Below are positions 61,156-64,000 of a stretch of 64,000 nucleotides of DNA, piece after piece (within the stretch, counting starts at the first letter, position 1; every line of letters begins with the position of its first letter). The stretch is taken from contig VXNS01000008.1 of NCBI GenBank assembly GCA_009840445.1, forward strand, positions 2,715 to 66,714. Direction: 5' to 3'. The notes beneath the pieces are model-generated. The model ran no database searches and had not been told where the DNA came from. It saw nothing but the letters and a program-made list of their open reading frames with translations. The position numbers were made by a program, and so were the translations under genes. This DNA is from Synechococcus sp. SB0662_bin_14 (GTDB taxonomy: Bacteria > Cyanobacteriota > Cyanobacteriia > PCC-6307 > Cyanobiaceae).

Positions 61156-61228
61156 GGGTGTTGGTCCTTGATGCAGTGAGTGGTGGACAAGACGTTTGGC
61201 ACTATGGGGTTAGCCATGGTGTCAAACC

Positions 61229-61486
61229 ATGATTGTACCCCCCGGAAGGGTAACGGCCCCCACTTGGCGGCTGGCGGCGCCGCTCATGGTTCTCATCGGC
61301 CTCTATCAGCGGTTCATCTCGCCCCTGTTGCCCCCCCGATGTCGTTTCAGCCCCAGTTGCAGCGCCTACGCCATGGAGGCCCTGGAGCGCCATGGCCTCT
61401 GGCGGGGCGGCTGGTTGAGTGTTTGGCGGCTGCTGCGGTGCCACCCCTTCACGGCAGGGGGCTACGACCCCGTTCCTGACCCATGA
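61229..61486 (+). CDS. yidD: Membrane protein insertion efficiency factor
   Basis: YQRFISP...[10 protein letters not shown]...RCHPF...GYDPVP. Confidence 0.95.
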   Translation: MIVPPGRVTAPTWRLAAPLMVLIGLYQRFISPLLPPRCRFSPSCSAYAMEALERHGLWRGGWLSVWRLLRCHPFTAGGYDPVPDP

Positions 61487-61797
61487 TCCACCCCCCCATA
61501 AGCCATGCCGGCTGGCCACCCCTCGTTCTGCTGACCCGTTCCGGGTGCTGCCTCTGCGCCGGTCTGGCGGAGCGCTTGGGCTCCTTGCTACCCCAAGGGA
61601 CGCTTCAGCTTGTGGACGTGGACGGGGATCCGGTGTTGCAGCAGCGTTTCGGGCTGCTGGTGCCCCTGCTGGTGGTGGGGTCGGACCCCCTGCGCGATCC
61701 CGTCCTGCCGCGGGTGCCGCCACGGCTCAAGGGGTTGGCGCTGCAGCGTTGGCTGGAGAAGCATCTCCATCGATTGGCCACGGCAGACCATGGCTGA
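61483..61797 (+). CDS. Glutaredoxin-like protein (DUF836)
   Basis: TRSGCCLC CxxC motif; lies between yidD and murE. Confidence 0.85.
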   Translation: MIHPPISHAGWPPLVLLTRSGCCLCAGLAERLGSLLPQGTLQLVDVDGDPVLQQRFGLLVPLLVVGSDPLRDPVLPRVPPRLKGLALQRWLEKHLHRLATADHG

Positions 61798-61863
61798 TTG
61801 GAGCCGGAGCCCGCAAGCTTGGGGGCCACGTCCATCGCCGGAACTGAGCCCATGGTTGCACCC

Positions 61864-63360
61864 ATGCGCCTCCATGCCCTTCTGAAGGCCGCCGCTATTC
61901 CCTTCCCCGCCCCGCTGGCGGACGTGGAGATTCAGGGGGTATGCGGGGATTCCAGACGGCTGTCGCCCGCAGCCCTGTTTGTGGGGGCACCGGGCGCCCG
62001 CGTGGACGGCGGGGACCACTGGGCAGCCAGTCTGGCGGGTGGTGCGGTGGCAGCGGTCATCGGCCCCGAAGCGGCACGGCGGCATCCACCGGATCCGGAA
62101 GATCCGGTGGTGGTGGTGGAGAACCCCGCAGCCTGTCTGGGGCGGCTGGCATCCGCCTTCTGGGGGCATCCCAGCCGGCAGTTACAACTCATCGGCGTGA
62201 CCGGCACCAACGGCAAAACCACCATCACCCACTGGATCGAGCACCTGAGCACTGCCCTGGGGACACCCACGGCCCTGCTGGGCACCCTGGAAAATCGCTG
62301 GCCGGGGACCGTCCTGAAAGCCACCCACACCACGGCGCCGGCGGACGTGGTCCATGGCCAGCTTGCCCAGGCGGTGGCGGACGGCGTTCAGCGGGCCGCC
62401 ATGGAGGTGAGTTCCCACGCCCTGGCGCAACAGCGGGTGGCAGGGCTGGCGTTCAGCGGCGCCGTGCTCACCAACCTGAGCCAGGACCACCTGGATTTTC
62501 ACGGGGACATGGAGACGTATTTCCAGGCCAAGGCACGGCTGTTTGCGGCAGACCTGCTTCACGGGCAGGCGGTGGTGAATTGCGAAGATGCCCATGGGCG
62601 CCTTCTGCGGCGGCAGTTGGGGGCCAAAGCCTGGGGTTGTCGTCTGCTGGATCCCCGGCAGCGGGATCAGTACTCCCCGACGGCGCCGGATGCAGAATTG
62701 GTGATGTGCGACCTGGCCATGGGCGACGACGGGGTGGAGGGACGACTCCTCAGCCCCAGGGGTGAAGGGCGGTTTCACTCTCCCATGCTGGGGCGTTTCA
62801 ATCTGATGAACCTGCTGCAGGCAGTGGGTGTGCTGGTGAGTTGCGGGGTGCCCCTGGGGCGGTTATTGGAGCAGGTGTCCAGCTTCGGGGGGGTGCCTGG
62901 CCGGATGGAGGCCGTCACGGCGCCGGATATCACCGTTGTGGTGGACTATGCCCACACCCCTGAGGGGCTGGCCAGTGCGTTGCAGGCCTTGCGCCCCTTC
63001 GTGGTGGGACGGCTGATCTGTGTGTTCGGCTGCGGCGGGGATCGGGATCGGAGCAAGCGGCCCCTCATGGCAGCGGCAGCCGCCGCACTGGCCGACGAAC
63101 TGGTGATTACCTCCGATAATCCCCGCAGCGAAGATCCCGAAGGCATCCTGGAGGAGATCTGCGCCGGGCTGCCGGCAGGAACGCCCCACCAGCGGGAACC
63201 GGACCGGGGCCTGGCCATTCACAGGGCGGTGATTCAGGCCGGGGTAGGGGATACGGTGCTCATCGCCGGCAAGGGCCATGAGACGGTCCAGATTGTCGGC
63301 CATGAACAACGCCCCTTTGATGATCGCCGTGTGGCGGCAGCCGCCGTGGCCCAGCGCTGA
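61864..63360 (+). CDS. murE: UDP-N-acetylmuramoyl-tripeptide synthetase
   Basis: GVTGTNGKTT, MEVSSH, DYAHTP, TSDNPRSE and AGKGHE motifs. Confidence 0.97.
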   Translation: MRLHALLKAAAIPFPAPLADVEIQGVCGDSRRLSPAALFVGAPGARVDGGDHWAASLAGGAVAAVIGPEAARRHPPDPEDPVVVVENPAACLGRLASAFWGHPSRQLQLIGVTGTNGKTTITHWIEHLSTALGTPTALLGTLENRWPGTVLKATHTTAPADVVHGQLAQAVADGVQRAAMEVSSHALAQQRVAGLAFSGAVLTNLSQDHLDFHGDMETYFQAKARLFAADLLHGQAVVNCEDAHGRLLRRQLGAKAWGCRLLDPRQRDQYSPTAPDAELVMCDLAMGDDGVEGRLLSPRGEGRFHSPMLGRFNLMNLLQAVGVLVSCGVPLGRLLEQVSSFGGVPGRMEAVTAPDITVVVDYAHTPEGLASALQALRPFVVGRLICVFGCGGDRDRSKRPLMAAAAAALADELVITSDNPRSEDPEGILEEICAGLPAGTPHQREPDRGLAIHRAVIQAGVGDTVLIAGKGHETVQIVGHEQRPFDDRRVAAAAVAQR

Positions 63361-63400
63361 GGTTCCGCCGGTCCGCCATGACGCAGTGGCGGACGTGGAC

Positions 63401-63751
63401 TCAGGTGGCAGCCATGGGAATCTGGTCGTCGGCGTCGTCTTCAAGGGGGCCGGCCATCAGGCCCTCTTCCTCCACAAGGGCATCGGCTGTGAACTCGATC
63501 ATCCGCAGGCGGGCGTGGGGGTTGCCCTGGCGAGCGTCCTCGAACATGGACTGGATATGGAGACGGGCAAACCCGGTTTCCCGGAGAATGGTCACCACCT
63601 TCAAGGCGGGGAGCAGGGCGCCGGTCAAGGCCATATTCACCCTGTGCTCCGCCACGGCAAAGGCATTGGCAAAACACTGGCCATCGCTGCGGATTTGCAC
63701 CGCAGCCAGGGGATGGAAAAAGCGGGGACGGCGTTTAGGGGACACAATCAC
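63401..63751 (-). CDS. Hypothetical protein
   Basis: 116-aa ORF with GC-rich third positions between murE and the aminotransferase. Confidence 0.55.
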   Translation of the reverse strand: MIVSPKRRPRFFHPLAAVQIRSDGQCFANAFAVAEHRVNMALTGALLPALKVVTILRETGFARLHIQSMFEDARQGNPHARLRMIEFTADALVEEEGLMAGPLEDDADDQIPMAAT

Positions 63752-63772
63752 GCTGCAAATATGATTGGAACC

Positions 63773-64000
63773 TTAAGCCTCGGGGGTCCCTGAATTTGTG
63801 ACCAAGGAAGCAATTTCACGAATCAGGCATTCCGATTCCGTGGGCAACGTGGTCATGTGGCAGCAGGCCCGTACACAGTCCGGCTTTTCAAAGCTTCGTA
63901 ACACCAGGCCCCGCTCCGCCAGGGCGTTGACCACCAGTTGCGACCTGTAGCCCCCAACACGAAAGCTCACCAAACCAGCGGGCGGCGCCTCCGGTAACAG
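63773..64000 (-). CDS. Class V aminotransferase / cysteine-desulfurase-like protein, C-terminal part (5' end outside the window)
   Basis: PAGLVSFRV...GLVLRS...VRACCH resembles the C-terminal small domain. Confidence 0.6.
   Translation of the reverse strand: MLPEAPPAGLVSFRVGGYRSQLVVNALAERGLVLRSFEKPDCVRACCHMTTLPTESECLIREIASLVTNSGTPEA

Overview
GC-rich alpha-cyanobacterial chromosome segment. It has the proteobacterial-type PRK, petBD, psaE, minCDE and the ftsQ-ftsZ-ffs-panB-hemW order. The autotransporter and accessory gene style suggests a sponge-symbiont lineage such as 'Ca. Synechococcus spongiarum' (inference). About 55 housekeeping genes, tRNA-Gly(CCC), tRNA-His(GTG) and SRP RNA are interrupted by three accessory insertions. 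(1) ~9.96-15.15 kb, between cbiD and guaA: an autotransporter plus three membrane-anchored coiled-coil proteins. (2) ~46.7-48.1 kb: an AT-rich DUF4357/RAMA-like HNH endonuclease with a 132-bp MITE-like element (terminal inverted repeats, TACA duplication) just upstream. (3) ~54.1-60.5 kb: an orphan M.HindIII-like methylase, a translationally coupled PtuA-like ABC ATPase plus small PD-(D/E)XK protein, a Slam/T11SS-like barrel coupled to a DUF1036 protein, a minimal YadA-anchor-like gene and a decayed AIPR gene. The best candidates for undescribed systems are the ATPase + PD-(D/E)XK pair, the Slam-DUF1036(-YadA-like) module and the RAMA-HNH nuclease. All family names come from motif recognition and recall, not from database searches.
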